64,000 nucleotides of DNA. It comes from Eledone cirrhosa (Eukaryota). The position numbers and the translations under genes were made by a program. The stretch lies in the NCBI GenBank assembly GCA_964016885.1, contig OZ024743.1, forward strand, positions 163,494,001 to 163,558,000, given 5' to 3'. The notes under the pieces were generated by a model. That model did no database searches and was not told the DNA's origin. It worked only from the letters and a program-made list of their open reading frames with translations. How positions within the stretch are numbered: the stretch's first letter is position 1; the number at the start of each line of letters is the position of its first letter. Below, piece after piece: positions 1 to 12,799 of the stretch.

Positions 1-207
1 ACAACATAATCATGTCAGTAATATTAGAATAACAATGATTCATTAATTCATTCTTTCATCATCATCACCATCATCATTAATTGACATTAAATTATGATGA
101 TCGTTATGAATGATTCAAAGATATCACCAGTCTGTGACCAATACAAAAATTGCTGATAATTTACAAATAAAATTGTCATTCAAATATGCAATGACCTAGA
201 ATACATA

Positions 208-530
208 GCCGCAGCATGGCCAAATTGTTAAGAAGTTAGATTTGTAATCATTAGGTCTTGAGTTTGATCCAGCTGTGTAGCATCTTGAATAAGTATTGGT
301 TACCATAGCCTGAAGTAGACCCAAGCCATGTGAGTGAAATTGAGCAGACAGAAACTGTTTGGAAGCCCATTGGATGGACTGTATCTGTAATTGAAAAGGC
401 CAGTTTTGTCACACAGTGTTATGTTGAATCTCCTTGAGAATTACATTATGGGTATCCATATCTGTGGAATGCTCAGCCACTTATATGTTAATTTCATGTC
501 CTGTTGTTTGGAACACTCATTGTCAAAACC
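208..530 (+). mobile_element. Degenerate tRNA-head SINE
   Basis: A/B-box-like head (tggccaaattgttaag...gagtttgatcc); body similar to the copy at 15995-16260. Confidence 0.55.
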
Positions 531-1098
531 AATGGTGGATCATTCTAACCTAGAACAAAAGGTTTAGTTTAACCCTTTCATGATCATATTTCTAATGACT
601 ACATTGCCTGTGTGTTCCTATTCATTTTGAAAATAATCAAGAATTCTGAGTGATTTATTCAAATAACTAATATTTACATTATTTGTAGATCAAGCTGGTA
701 AATAGACCATGATTCTTTAAAAGTTTTTTTTCATAAAATTCTGAGAGAAAGTTTTCATTTACATATGTTGGTGATATGAATGGCATCCAGGCATAGAAAC
801 CATACCAAAACCGTAATGTAAGTAATCAAGATGTGGGCTCTTGGCCTGCTTGTGAGAGAATAGTAACTGACTAGGTCCATGACAATCCATCTACCCTATG
901 CCAGCATGGACAAAAAGACATTAAAGGATGATGATGATGGTGATGGTGATAGTGAAGTACATTTTAAAATAGGCAATTCTGTACTCAAGAACCAAAATCA
1001 GTTTCAGACTGGTTAGCTTCAATAGTGTGTTGAAGAATTGAAATGTGGTCCAGGAACCCTTAACTCCTGGAGGAGATGCAGGGGTACTTTTGGGCATT

Positions 1099-2057
1099 TT
1101 AACCCTTCCATTGTCATATTTCTAATGAAAGACAATGCCTATGACTTTCAAATAATTTTGAAAATAACTAACAATTTGGAAGGATTTAGTAATATAGCAA
1201 CTGTTCTTATTATTAAGTTGGCATGAATTGGCAGTATTGGTAGAGGGTTGGACGCCATGCCTTCCAGCACAGTTACATCCCTTTACGGTCTGAGTTCAAA
1301 TTCCGTCGAGTTTAACTTTGCCTTTCATCCTTACGGTGTCGATAAAATAAAGTACCAGTAATGTACTGGGTAATTGCTGGCCTTGTGCCAAAAGTAGAAA
1401 CAATTATTAAGTTGGCATCTAGAGCAGTAGGTTGGTAATAGATCAGGAGAGCATCTGACAACATGCTTTGCAGCATATAGTTATGTCCCTTTATGTTCTG
1501 GTTTCAAATCATCCTTCTGAGGTTGATAAAATAAAGTACCAGTAACGCATTGGTTCACTTTAATTGACTTTTCCTTCCCCCAGAATTATTGGCCTTGTGC
1601 CTAAATCAGAAACCATTATCAAGTTGACATCTAGTCGGTGGATTAGTAGAAACGTTTTGGAGTATTGGATAAATGCTTTGCGGTATTTGTTTGATATCTT
1701 TACCTTCTTAGGTCAAATCCCATAGAGGTCAACTTTGCCTTTCATCCTTTCAGGGTCAATAAAATAAAGTACAGGCCAAACCAACTGGCAGGAGACCCAG
1801 GGGAAGACACTGAGCAAGATGATTTGATAACATCCATGAGCTCGGCTGGTCTCACCCATGGATCCAACTAAATCAGGAGGAGGAGGAGGAGGAGGAGAAG
1901 GACTTTCTTATTAACAAGCTGATGTTTGGAAAACAACAAATGTTCTTACATAAAATTATGATAAAAGGTTTTGAGAGAAATGTAAACACTTTAAAACAAA
2001 CAACTTTGTATCATAGAAACAGAAATGGTTTTATGTGATTTGATATTAAAAGGGTTA
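1099..2057. mobile_element. piggyBac-like MITE (TTAA-CCCT...AGGG-TTAA family) interrupted by SINEs
   Basis: Starts ttaacccttcc, ends aaaagggtta. The same ~300-bp body recurs near 570, 11880, 14880, 15540, 36920, 38100, 48240, 49890 and 51620. Confidence 0.55.
1225..1775 (+). mobile_element. Three adjacent SINE copies with a Nin/Deu-type core
   Basis: Repeated core ttgcctttcatcctt-cgg-gtcgataaaataaagtaccagt; a near-identical copy lies at 3108-3290. Confidence 0.7.
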
Positions 2058-2619
2058 CTTGAACTGGTTTGGGACAGGCTAGTGTTTAAAGGATTAATGA
2101 ACAACAGATAAAGTCTACAAATAGGTGCAGCCTAAAAGCTGAATCTGTGGCCCAGTTTCAATTCTCTTGGGTTTTAACCAGCTTCCCTTTATTTTTCATC
2201 ATTCATGCCTCTGAGAAAAGGTGGACATGACCCTCAAACAACCTACTTACCCACTTATCCTAAACCCAACTCTTTAAATCAACAAGGCTTATTAATTACC
2301 CATTTAATAAATACAGCTAATTGCAAATAGGCCAACAGGAAGTATACATATTTGATGTTTCACTCTTTCTTATTTAATTCACTTGTGTGTGTATGTGTGT
2401 GAATATGAGTGCGTATGTATGTGAATATGTGTGTATGTGTATGTATGTGTGTGAAAGAGTGTATGTTAATTATTATTATTACTATTATTAATCTCTCTAC
2501 TACTCCCTAGCAAGAGATAATATCTAATGTAACTAAGCCCAACAACTAACATTCTAAGATGAGAGAAAAGTATGCACCACCCAGAGCCTTTACTTTACTC
2601 TTTTATTACAAAACCAACT

Positions 2620-3040
2620 GAAACCGGAAGTTTAGGAATGAAGGGTAGACTGTACAATACCTGCATGCAAACTGCAATGCTATATGACAGTGAGACATGT
2701 GCCTTTATTGCAATGGCTTGAAATAAATAAAATGAGTAAGCTTTGATGGATGTGTAACATTAGAGCACACGAATGACATAGCCTAAGAGAGCTGAGAGAA
2801 AAACTTGGCATAAAAGGAATTGGATGTGTTGGTATGGATATATGATGTATGTGGAAGATGCTAGCTGCATAAAGAAATGCCGAGAACTTTTCATGGTTGG
2901 GATTGTATCCAGGAAGACATGGGATGAAGTAATGAAGACTGATCTTAAGAAGCTGAATGTGACAAAGGAGATGCTAAAGGACTGCATTGAATGGTGATAT
3001 GCTGTATTGGTGAAGGCCTGCCTACCAACATAACATGTGA
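2620..3040 (+). mobile_element. RTE LINE 3' fragment, degenerate
   Basis: Remnants of MKGRLYxxC..AMLY.SET and PRKTWDEV motifs with stops. Confidence 0.7.
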
Positions 3041-3107
3041 CTTGACCCATCCCCATGATCCCTCTCCACTAGCACTCCTTAGTAGTTATCCTTACCCTTA
3101 TTGGATT

Positions 3108-3290
3108 GTCAGTATCGGTAGAGGGTCGGACGCCATGCTTTGCAGCATAGAGTTACACCCCTTTATGATCTGAATTCAAATCCCGCCGAGGTTAACTTTG
3201 CCTTTCATCCTTACAGGGTCGATAAAATAAAGTACCAGTAATACATTGGGGTAATTGCTGGCCTTGTGCCAAAAGTAGAAACAATTATTA
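3108..3290 (+). mobile_element. SINE, Nin/Deu-type core
   Basis: Near-identical to 1228-1405. Confidence 0.7.
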
Positions 3291-4309
3291 TATACAAAGG
3301 CCCCCTTCCCTGTCATTCCTTTGCTATTCCCACAATCCCTACACCACTTTCTAAAATCCTGAGGCACCAGTGAGTACTTCCCCTATAATATCAACCACTC
3401 CATCCATACCCCTTCCACTATTACTCCATAGTAGCTATTCTCAACCCTCTGAACCACCTAGTACATGCTGTGTAGTGGTTGGTGATAAGAAGGGAACCCA
3501 GCCACAGAAAGCATGCCAAACAAAGGGTTGGAAGAACCCTTCACTTGTGTCAAAGAAATGACAACCTCCCTGGTGTTGGTGATCTACATGATAACACACC
3601 TAGTACATTCTGTAAAGTGGTTGGTGTTAGGAAAGGTATCCAGTCATAGAAAACCTACCAAACAAAGGGTCAGAAAGACCATTCAGCTGTGTCAAATACA
3701 TAACAACCTCAATAGTGGTAGTGTCATGAAAAAATGCACTTAGTAGTGTATGGAATGTAAAGGGTCAGTAGCTTCACTTGAGTACTGATTCTGTCTGTGA
3801 AGGACTGTTACCCAGGAAAACAAACATTAAAGGAGGAGGAGGATAATATATGTATATATGTGTGTGTGTGTGGGTATTTCTCTTATTTCTGCTACATACT
3901 GGAACTCTTTAGAATATATAGTATTCTCTAAAGTATACATCGACTGTTTAGCCTAATTTGCATACCGAGTGATTTTACACGATCTTGATAAGGAGGAATA
4001 ACCCCGAAACAATTGTAGATTGTTTTACTCTCTGCTACCGCTGGAACAAAAGGATGACATTAGTCGTCTTGAACACATAGTGTAATGAGGCTGTTTGCTT
4101 TGCAAATGGATCAAATATACATAATATAATTATAATATTGTTATTCACTCACAAATGCATATATATATAAATATATTATTTTATATATACATATACAATT
4201 GTCGCCTTTTTTCTGTCTCCAACTTTTTCGGTTGTATATATATTTATATATATGTATGAGATTTGTATATGATAAAAATGTGTGCCTATAAATATGTATG
4301 TATATGCCA

Positions 4310-5180
4310 TTTCCGTTGGCACTCTAACAGATAGATCTGGTGAGATAGTGGAGATGCTGGAGAGGAAACAGGTGGATGTGTGCTAGAGGTGAGATGGAGA
4401 GGTGCCTCTGCAAGACTAATCGCAGGCAAACATCTTATTTATAAGCTTTTCTTGGTGGGTAATGATGATGGGTTAGGTAGGGTGGGCATTTTACTGGCTG
4501 AGAGATGGATCAATAAGATAATAGAGGTAGTTAGAGTTAGTGATAGAATAATTAAGCTTAGATTAGTTGTAGGCAAGAGACTGCTGACAATCATCTCAGC
4601 CTATGCAGGCCTAGGTAAAGAAGAGAAAGACTGCTTTTATGAGCAACTTTTAGAAACAGCCGCAATGACAGAGGACAGAGACATTGTTCTGTTAGCAGGG
4701 GACTTCAATGGTCATGTTGGACAGCTCCAGGATGGGTTACATGGTAGTCATGGTTATGGCTCAAGAAACGAAGAAGGAGTGAGGCTTCTTGAATTTTGTG
4801 ATGCAAATGCACTAATCATTTGCAACACTAACTTCAAGAAACCTACCAACCATCTAATAACCTACAAATCAGGCGAGCACATAAGCCAGATTGACTTCTT
4901 GCTAGTTAGGCAGCGAGACAGACAGATGGTGTCAAACACTAAGGCATACTCCGGGGAAGAATGTACACCACAGCATAAATTAGTGACATCTCAATAAGCA
5001 AGAGACAAAATGAGACAACAGGTGTGGAAAAGGAAGATCTGGAAACTAAAAGACCTTTCACTAAAATATAAATTTAGGAAAGCCCTTCAAGATGTGTATG
5101 ACGAGAAAGATGTTTCAGAATCGTATGACATAGATGACAACTGGAATTTCTTAAATGACAACTTGTGGCTGGACCAGAGC
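4310..5180 (+). pseudogene. RTE LINE AP-endonuclease fragment
   Basis: ORF 4380-4997 has EVRWRG, ISAYA, GDFNGHVG, SQIDF and QHKLV APE motifs. Confidence 0.85.
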
Positions 5181-5499
5181 TGATACAGGGTAGAGAGGAT
5201 ACTTCAGTGAGGTAAGACAATCTCTCTAGTGCTGATGACATGAATAATGCACCCACTCCATGCTGTAAAGTAGTTGATGATAGGAATGTCAGCCAGCCAG
5301 TAAAACTTTGCCAAAACTATGCAAAGTACAACACATAAATCTCTCAGTAATTGCATATACAGAACGAACAGTAATCATGTTAGTGCTGCACATGGTATGG
5401 GGTGGCTAACTTAGGCCATGTGTGAGTACCCCTTGACCATCATCAAACAATCACACACTCTTATTCAATTCCAGGTGCAGAGAACCATAAAGGAACCAA

Positions 5500-7380
5500 A
5501 TCACCATTACTAGGTAACTCATCTCAGAGCTGCTACACTTAATGTGGGCACACTGAAAGGCAGATCAGGTGAAATTGTGGAGTTGCTTGAGAAGCGGTGA
5601 GTAGATGTATGCTGTGTTCAGGAGGTGAGATAAAGAGGCGCCTCTGCAAGACTTCTCACAGGAAAACAACATAGATACAAGCTCTTCTGGGTAGATAATG
5701 ATGAATTGGTGGGTGGAGTAGGCATTTTACTAGCTCAGAATTGGGCAGATAAAGTAATCAAAGTAGTTAGAGTAAGTGACAGAATTATCAAACTTAGAAT
5801 AGTCATAGGCTATAGAATGACAACAATTATCTCTAGCCCTGCATCATAAGTAAGGAACAATAGGACCACTTTTATAAACACCTAAACTCAATCCCAGCTA
5901 TTGATGACAAAGGCAACTTTAATGGACATGTTGGATAACACAAGGATGGCTACATTGGTGTATATGGTGGATATGGCTATGGCTAAAAAATGAAGAGGGA
6001 CTGAGGCTCCTGGAATTCTGTGATGCAAATGATTTAACAATTTCCAATACTAACTTCAGGAACTGGCCAGCCACCTGATCACCTACCAGTCAGGTGAACA
6101 CGTGAGCTGGATTGACTCTAAACTTGTTAGAAAACAAGATAGACAGATGGTTAGAAATATTAAGACCTTCTCAGGAGAAGAATGCACTGCCCAACATAAG
6201 TTAGCTATTAGAGACATCAAAATAAGCTCAAGACAAAAAAGAAAACACAGGAAAATCTGGAGGAGGAGAGTTTGGAGTCTAAATGACCTTTCTGTTAAGT
6301 GTAGGTTTAAAAAAGCTTTATGTGAGGCATATGAGAAGGAAGACATATATAACATAGAGAACAATTGGAAGTTCTTACATGATAACCTATCGAAAAGACT
6401 TGTGGCTAGAGCAAAGTACTAGCCAGACAGTGGGTGACCAGATGGTAGATAGAGCCATTAGCCAGAAAGAGATGGGCTGGGAAAGCCTGGAAAAATGAGG
6501 ACAGCTGTAGTTAAAAGCGAGGCTAGATGACAGGTATACAATGCATGAAAGGAGGCTGAAAGAAGGTTTGCCAATGCAACATGAAGACCAAAGACGTGAG
6601 GTGACCTACATTGCAAGGCAGTGTGTCTGTGTAAATTAGTATATTGTTGAAGAAAAGTGTGTTTGAAATGACACTGGTGCACTTAGCATCACTGATACTC
6701 AAAAGAAAGAGGCCTGGAAATGTTACTATAAAAGGTTAATGTATATGGAAACTGAATGGGATAAAGGGAGACTACTACCTACCAATCCAGCAGAGGGACC
6801 AGCTGTCAAAAATGGTAGTTGTAGCGTCAGTCAAAGAAGTAATCAAGGAAATGAAAAATGTTAAAGCCACAGGACCATCTGAGATAGTCGGTGAGATGCC
6901 AGGGAGGAGCACTACAGAACTACTAGAGAAGTTCTTAACTAAGGGTAAGTCTCTATATCTAACTTTTGTTGATCTAGAGAAATCCTTTGATAGAGTACCC
7001 TGATCGGTCATCTGGTGGTCCTTAAGGAAAGTAGATGTAAAAGAGTGGCTTGTCAGAGCAGTGCAAGCCATGTACAGATGAGCTGTAAGTAAAATGAGAA
7101 TATAAACTGAGTTTAGTGAGGAATTCAAGGTACAGGAAGGAGTGTATTAAGGTTCAGTTCTTAGCCCATTCCTAATTATCCTAGTCCTCCAGGCCATAAT
7201 AGAGGTGTTTAATACTGGTTGCCTATGGGAATTCCTGTATGCCAATGATCTGGTTTTCAGAGCTGAATCTGTGGAAGAGCTTGAAAATAAGTTCTAACTA
7301 TGGAAATGGAATTTGAAATCAAAATGGCTTAGAGTAAATTTAGCAAAAACTAAAATATTAATAAGTAGGAAAGATACACT
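5500..7380 (+). pseudogene. Degenerate RTE LINE (endonuclease to RT)
   Basis: LRAATLNVGTLKG start, FVDLEKSFDRVP, CLWEFLYANDL remnants; many stops and frameshifts. Confidence 0.85.
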
Positions 7381-8116
7381 GAGGTACATGGTGGGCATGG
7401 TTACTGCTCAAGAATTGAAGAAGGAGTGAGACTTCTTGAATTTTGTGATGCAAGACCAAGATACATATATAAATCAACAAAAAAATATATAGTTCATGGA
7501 ATGTGATTTATTGATCAGATTTGTTTGATAATAAAATATAGAATGTTTACAGTATAATGATAATCTTTATTGATAAAGCATTTGTTAAAAATTATATTGC
7601 AAATAATGTGAGATTGGAATCAAAGTGTATATAATAAATATTGGGACAAAATTCTTGATTTGTTGCAGAAGGGTAAGATCAATTTTTGTATATTTAGATT
7701 ATTACTGGTACTTATTAAGTTGTTGCCCTGCACCCAGGGATGAAAGACAGAGTTGACCTTTATGAGATTTGAAATGAAAAGAAAATTACAGCTCACACCT
7801 ATGCAGGATAAGTCGGTTTCCTGAGGTTTTGCCAAACAAAGGGTCAGGAGGACTCTTCAGCTGTATCAAAGACACAGCAAACTCCCTAATGTTGGTGCCA
7901 TGATAAAATACACTCAATAGAGTGCAGCAATGTATGTAAGTGTGATGTGGGCCTCCCCAACTCATCTCAGAGGTCTGTAGCTCTGCTGGAGTACTTGTCT
8001 GATAACCAAACATTTGCCAGCAGGGAAAATGGATGTTAAATGATGATATTCATGTATATGTATATTTATATACCTAAATATATATATCGAGTCGATGAAC
8101 TTTCGTCAAATCGGAT

Positions 8117-8302
8117 CTAGGAAACAATGTTTCTGTTGGTCTTTCCAGTTGCTAATACTCTCGATCGGTCGCAACTCCAGGTAGAATGAGCAACATGAAA
8201 TAAAGTGTCTTGCTCAAGAACATAACGCATCACCCAGTCCAGGAATCGAACTCGCGACCTCACGATTGCGAATGCAATTCTCTTATCACGCAGCCACATG
8301 CC
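8117..8302 (-). mobile_element. tRNA-head SINE
   Basis: Minus strand tggctgcgtgataag...gagttcgattcctggactggg...cttgagcaagacacttt. Confidence 0.7.
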
Positions 8303-8549
8303 TTCATTCCTATCCTACTTGTTTTTTTTTAACCTCTAAAACAAAATAGCACAAGGAATTCTTTTTTTTTTAGAATGTGTAATTAATAGTATTTATTTCA
8401 TCAACGTTGGAAATATGAAAGGTCTATTTTTCTTTCATCATCCATCAGATCAATGAAATAATTAATTACCAGTAATTACTGGCCATCAAGACCTCTGATG
8501 TCCTCAGTCCCTGGACTGCCATATTACCCTCACCAAATTGGGAGGAGGG

Positions 8550-8913
8550 TGTAGCGGTTGTCTCCCTTGTTTGGATCTAGACGGGAAGTGGAACCCTTTC
8601 TGCAACTTCCGGTCAGAACCCTGTAAAACTAACAACTTTAAGCTCCCTTTCTCTCATTGCCTTTTCGGCACCAGGTCAAGAGTCTCTCATTTGGCTCTGC
8701 CAAACATTTGGCCAACAGGCGCCTGGCCTTAGCCAGGCGGCCTCTGCCAGCCGCGTTTGCCTGGCAATCAAAACGGTAACTACTAACTTTGCTTCATTCT
8801 AACATCTATTCCTTTGACATGTCAAAAATACTATCTACCATTGTTAATTAAATATTATACACACAAACAATGTATTCCTTGTTACATTCATACAACCCAG
8901 TATTCTCGCTATA
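8550..8913 (+). repeat. 5' LTR
   Basis: TGTAGCG...CGCTATA; direct repeat of 10234-10597. Confidence 0.92.
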
Positions 8914-8914
8914 T

Positions 8915-8946
8915 TGGTAACCCTGATGTGATACGAACACGCAGCC
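8915..8946 (+). promoter_or_regulatory. tRNA-Trp primer-binding site, extended to 32 nt
   Basis: TGGTAACCCTGATGTGATACGAACACGCAGCC versus recalled metazoan tRNA-Trp complement TGGTGACCCCGACGTGATTCGAACACGCAGCC. Confidence 0.85.
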
Positions 8947-10233
8947 GTTCATCGCTATAAGTGGTCACCCCAAAAAAAGAAAAAGATAGCACATCTGGTT
9001 TCGTGTGAGTAACATTACGAATACACAGTAAATTTATCGACAAACTATGAAAATACTCAGTAAAAGAAACAAACGCACACACGCACATGTGGAATTCGCG
9101 TTCAGACAGACTTTTTTCTCTCACGCATCAACTAACTGTCGCATTTCACGATATATATATATACATGTTTCTCGTTTCTTACAACAAACTCTTTCAAAAC
9201 ACAAAAAAAAAAAAAAAAAAAAAATTTGATATTCTTTAAAAAAACATTTCAACAGGAACATTTATTTTCGATGAACCATTGACTTTTTGTTCATCGTTTT
9301 CTTCATCGTTCAAGTTTTTTTTCTTCCCAAAGTTCACACCAATAATTATGCTGAGTGAAGCCTTTCTTTTTCATCATTGTCACTTTCAAAATTGCACTAT
9401 CATTTTCTCGCGCGTTAGAAATATTATTTTTTTCAACTTTGTATTGGCACGTGTAGGCAGCACAAATTCTCGATTCACAGAGATGTCTCTACTCACAGAC
9501 ATAGCCGCACGCCAGAGATAACACTTCTCGCCAAGGATTCTTCAGCCTTAAGCTATATTCTTCTATTTGCCGGTTTATAAATTTACAATGTAAATTTACC
9601 GTTGATAACCGCGCATTTATTAAGAATGCTTATTTCTCTGGTCGCTGGCCTCTTGACCCTTCCAGGTCAACGCATTCTCAACATCGACCATCAACTTCGG
9701 CTGCTATTTCTAGCACTTTGCGCAACTCATTTTTTCTAAAAAAAAAATTTTTTTTTTACTGTGAATTTAAACACCGAATACGCTCACTCAGCGAGACAAC
9801 AGCAGCAGCAATACATCAACACAGCTTCACCAACAACCAAAGCCAGAGAATTTATTTTTGCAGCACTCTTCCTGTGAGAAAATCCATTCGGAGGTTGGAA
9901 ATTTCACGATATACCACAGAACAGAAACCACCTGCATTCATTCTCTGGAACACACTTTCTTTCCTGCTGTCATGTGATTGCACACCTGTGAACTTTATTT
10001 TGTACATTTGAACTTTGAGCTCTTCTCTTACTTTATTACATTGTATCTTTGGGTGATGGATAGATAGATGTCCAGTCGTTCTCTGGCCAAGAGCGGTTGG
10101 CTACCTTGATATCTATCATTGATTTTTGCAAACATTCTTTTGACGTAATTTTCATGCCTGTTACAACATTCTCGCCAACTTGCTACATATTTTCATTTCG
10201 ATTTTTATACACTAAAATTCTGGCGGGAGGTTA

Positions 10234-10597
10234 TGTAGCAGTTGTCTCCCTTGTTTGGATCTAGACGGGAAGTGGAACCCTTTCTGCAACTTCCGGTCAG
10301 AACCCTGTAAAACTAACAACTTTAAGCTCCCTTTCTCTCATTGCCTTTTCGGCACCAGGTCAAGAGCCTCACATTTGGCTCTGCCATTCATTTGGCCAAC
10401 AGGCGCCTGGCCTTAGCCAGGCGTCCTCTGCCAGTCGCGTTTGCCTGGCAATCAAAATGGTAACTACTAACTTTGCTTCATTCTAACATCTATTCCTTTG
10501 ACATGTCAAAAATACTATCTACCATTGTTAATTAAATATTATACACACAAACAATGTATTCCTTGTTACATTCATACAACCCAGTATTCACGCTATA
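10234..10597 (+). repeat. 3' LTR
   Basis: Direct repeat of 8550-8913. Confidence 0.92.
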
Positions 10598-12349
10598 AGG
10601 GTATCATGCCCAATGAAGGAGAATGACAGATGCAGCAGACATCACTGCCAGTTTTCTGTTGAACATACAAATTTCACTAAATGATGCTCTACCAATTCTT
10701 CCATTCCATTAACCTTGATTTCTAACATTATCACAAGGCCACACATTGATGGAAGGGCTGTACTGCATTTATTCGGATTCAGTATATTACTGACATATTG
10801 CCTATCCCCAAAAGGAGGACAGCCAGGATTTGAACTCAGAATGTAACAAAATATTGTAAGATATACTTTCTACCTTCTAGCATTTGTGCTTCTTTACATA
10901 TCTCGTTTAGAATAAATACACTGCAACTCCATGTGTTGTAAGAAGTAACGAAAAGGTTTGGCATCAGGATATCTGGCTGTAAAACACTGTCTCAAAAAAG
11001 CCCCCATGATCAATACTAAGTCTGTTAAGACTAAACTAAACCCTGCTTTAGCAAGAAAAAATGGACTTAAAACACTTGTTGGATAATGATATGTTGGTCT
11101 TGCTGGCAGGAAAAGTGGCCGTTACAATGATGATCCTTAGTATCTGTACCATCCAACCACTTAAAATCATAAATATTTCTCTCATTCAAATAACGTGTAA
11201 AGGTAACAAAAGTTATTTCCCTTAGTTCACAAATACTGTGAAGAGCAAGAAAGAGGGGCATTTTATTTCCATCCATTTTCCCAAGCTGGCAGCAGCATTG
11301 AGATAGATTCTGCATATTACTATTGTAGCAAGTGATTTTATGGCTGGATATCTGCTATTGAGAAACTAATACAGTTTTGAAATAAGAATGGTAGCTATTA
11401 CCAACTTAGCTGAACAGAGTAAGGCAAGCTGTCTCTAAGAATTATGTATTACAAACTAGATACATCCATCTAACAAAACACCATACCATACCATACATTT
11501 CTACCTTTTTTCTAGCAAGATATGAAGCAGTTATTATGCATAACTGGCCTTAGGAAGTGTCAGGCCCCTACTGAATATTGCATATATATTGCAATTTCAT
11601 GATTTATCAAGCTGGCCACTTTTTCCTGTCCCTAAAGATATTTAACTTGATTTTCTAAAGATATTATTATTTGTAGCAATTTCTGTATTTAGCTGGCCCC
11701 TTTTTCCTATCCTTAATAGTACCCTATTTTCTAAAGCTATTATTTATAGTGATTTCTGCTATGGTGTTGTGTGTGCTTGACTAGCTGAGGGTAAATTACT
11801 CAAGTGCGGGGGCCTAATTGTTTTAAGTTTGGCTCTGTTACTATGAATACAGTATATAATAAAAACCTATTCTAAAACCCAGGATACATACCTTCCATGA
11901 TAATTTTCTGTAAGAACCCTTGTTAAGTTATGTTCCAACAACTAGCTTAATAATGAGAACGTTATTTTACTAAATCCTTCCAAATTCTTGATTATTTTCA
12001 AAAAGATTTGAAAATCATAGGCAATGTCTTTCATTAGAAATATGGTAAATAAAGGGTTCAGGTGGCTATTAGCTTCAGAAGTAACTGGACCTCTCAGTGG
12101 ATTGAGATTTTTGAACCTAAAGGATCATATGTGAAAACAGCTATATGTGAAGACAACCTTAACATACAACAATGGAGATTACAACTCTAAGATTCATTTG
12201 CCATCGTTCTTGTCAATGCCCCGTTTAGTTGGTATTTGTTGGTCTACAGTTAGATGAATGGCGCACAAAGGGTTAATGTTTATTAGCAAGAAGTGCAACT
12301 AGGCTGCCTTGCCTCACTTATATTATATATTAAAATAACAGATTAAAGT

Positions 12350-12799
12350 TTAAGCTAAGAATTGCTGCTTTCACCCTTAACGGGATCTTCTGAAACTAAA
12401 AAAATCAATCTGTGAACGCAGAAGTAAATATTTTGAAAAACGTTGCAGCCAAAGGAAAACAGGAAGACGATACTTTGCTTTGTGAAGACGTTCCCTGGCA
12501 ATGAACGGAAAATAGCGAACATAATACACCATTAATGTTTGTCAGAATGTCGTAATGCAGACAGACAGGCATACATACAGATATTATAAGGGTGCGACGG
12601 AGATGGCTAACCGGCGCCTAACACCCCTTTAACAACAGAAAATTGAAAAATAAAAGCTGCAGTTAATATCTTTAGACCGCAAAGAATATATAAATGCAAG
12701 TTTGAAGTCAATCGGAGTAGAAATGTGGATTTGTATAGACTTTGCAAAAATGAGGACACGCACACACAGATAACTACAGGTTTATATATATGTATAGAT
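12350..12799 (+). mobile_element. Possible Helentron/DINE-like non-autonomous element
   Basis: 3' end caagtttgaagtcaatcggagtagaaatgtggatttgtatag...tttatatatatgtatagat resembles that class; 5' boundary uncertain. Confidence 0.35.

Larger units (their letters stand above)
8550..10597 (+). mobile_element. Non-autonomous LTR retrotransposon (TRIM-like, 2048 bp)
   Basis: 364-bp direct LTRs (8550-8913, 10234-10597; 9 mismatches by eye), AGGG target-site duplication (8546-8549, 10598-10601), tRNA-Trp PBS at 8915, purine-rich tract ggcgggagg before the 3' LTR, no gag/pol ORF. Confidence 0.92.

Noticed and set aside
9491-9502. Minus-strand ATG TCT|GTGAGT resembling a first coding exon in CpG-rich DNA
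   Set aside because: Lies inside the LTR element interior; no downstream exons found in 1-8500
9520-9900. Weak resemblance to an integrase C-terminus (KFTVD..IKNAYF, PVRKSIRR)
   Set aside because: Too short and divergent to call without an HMM search
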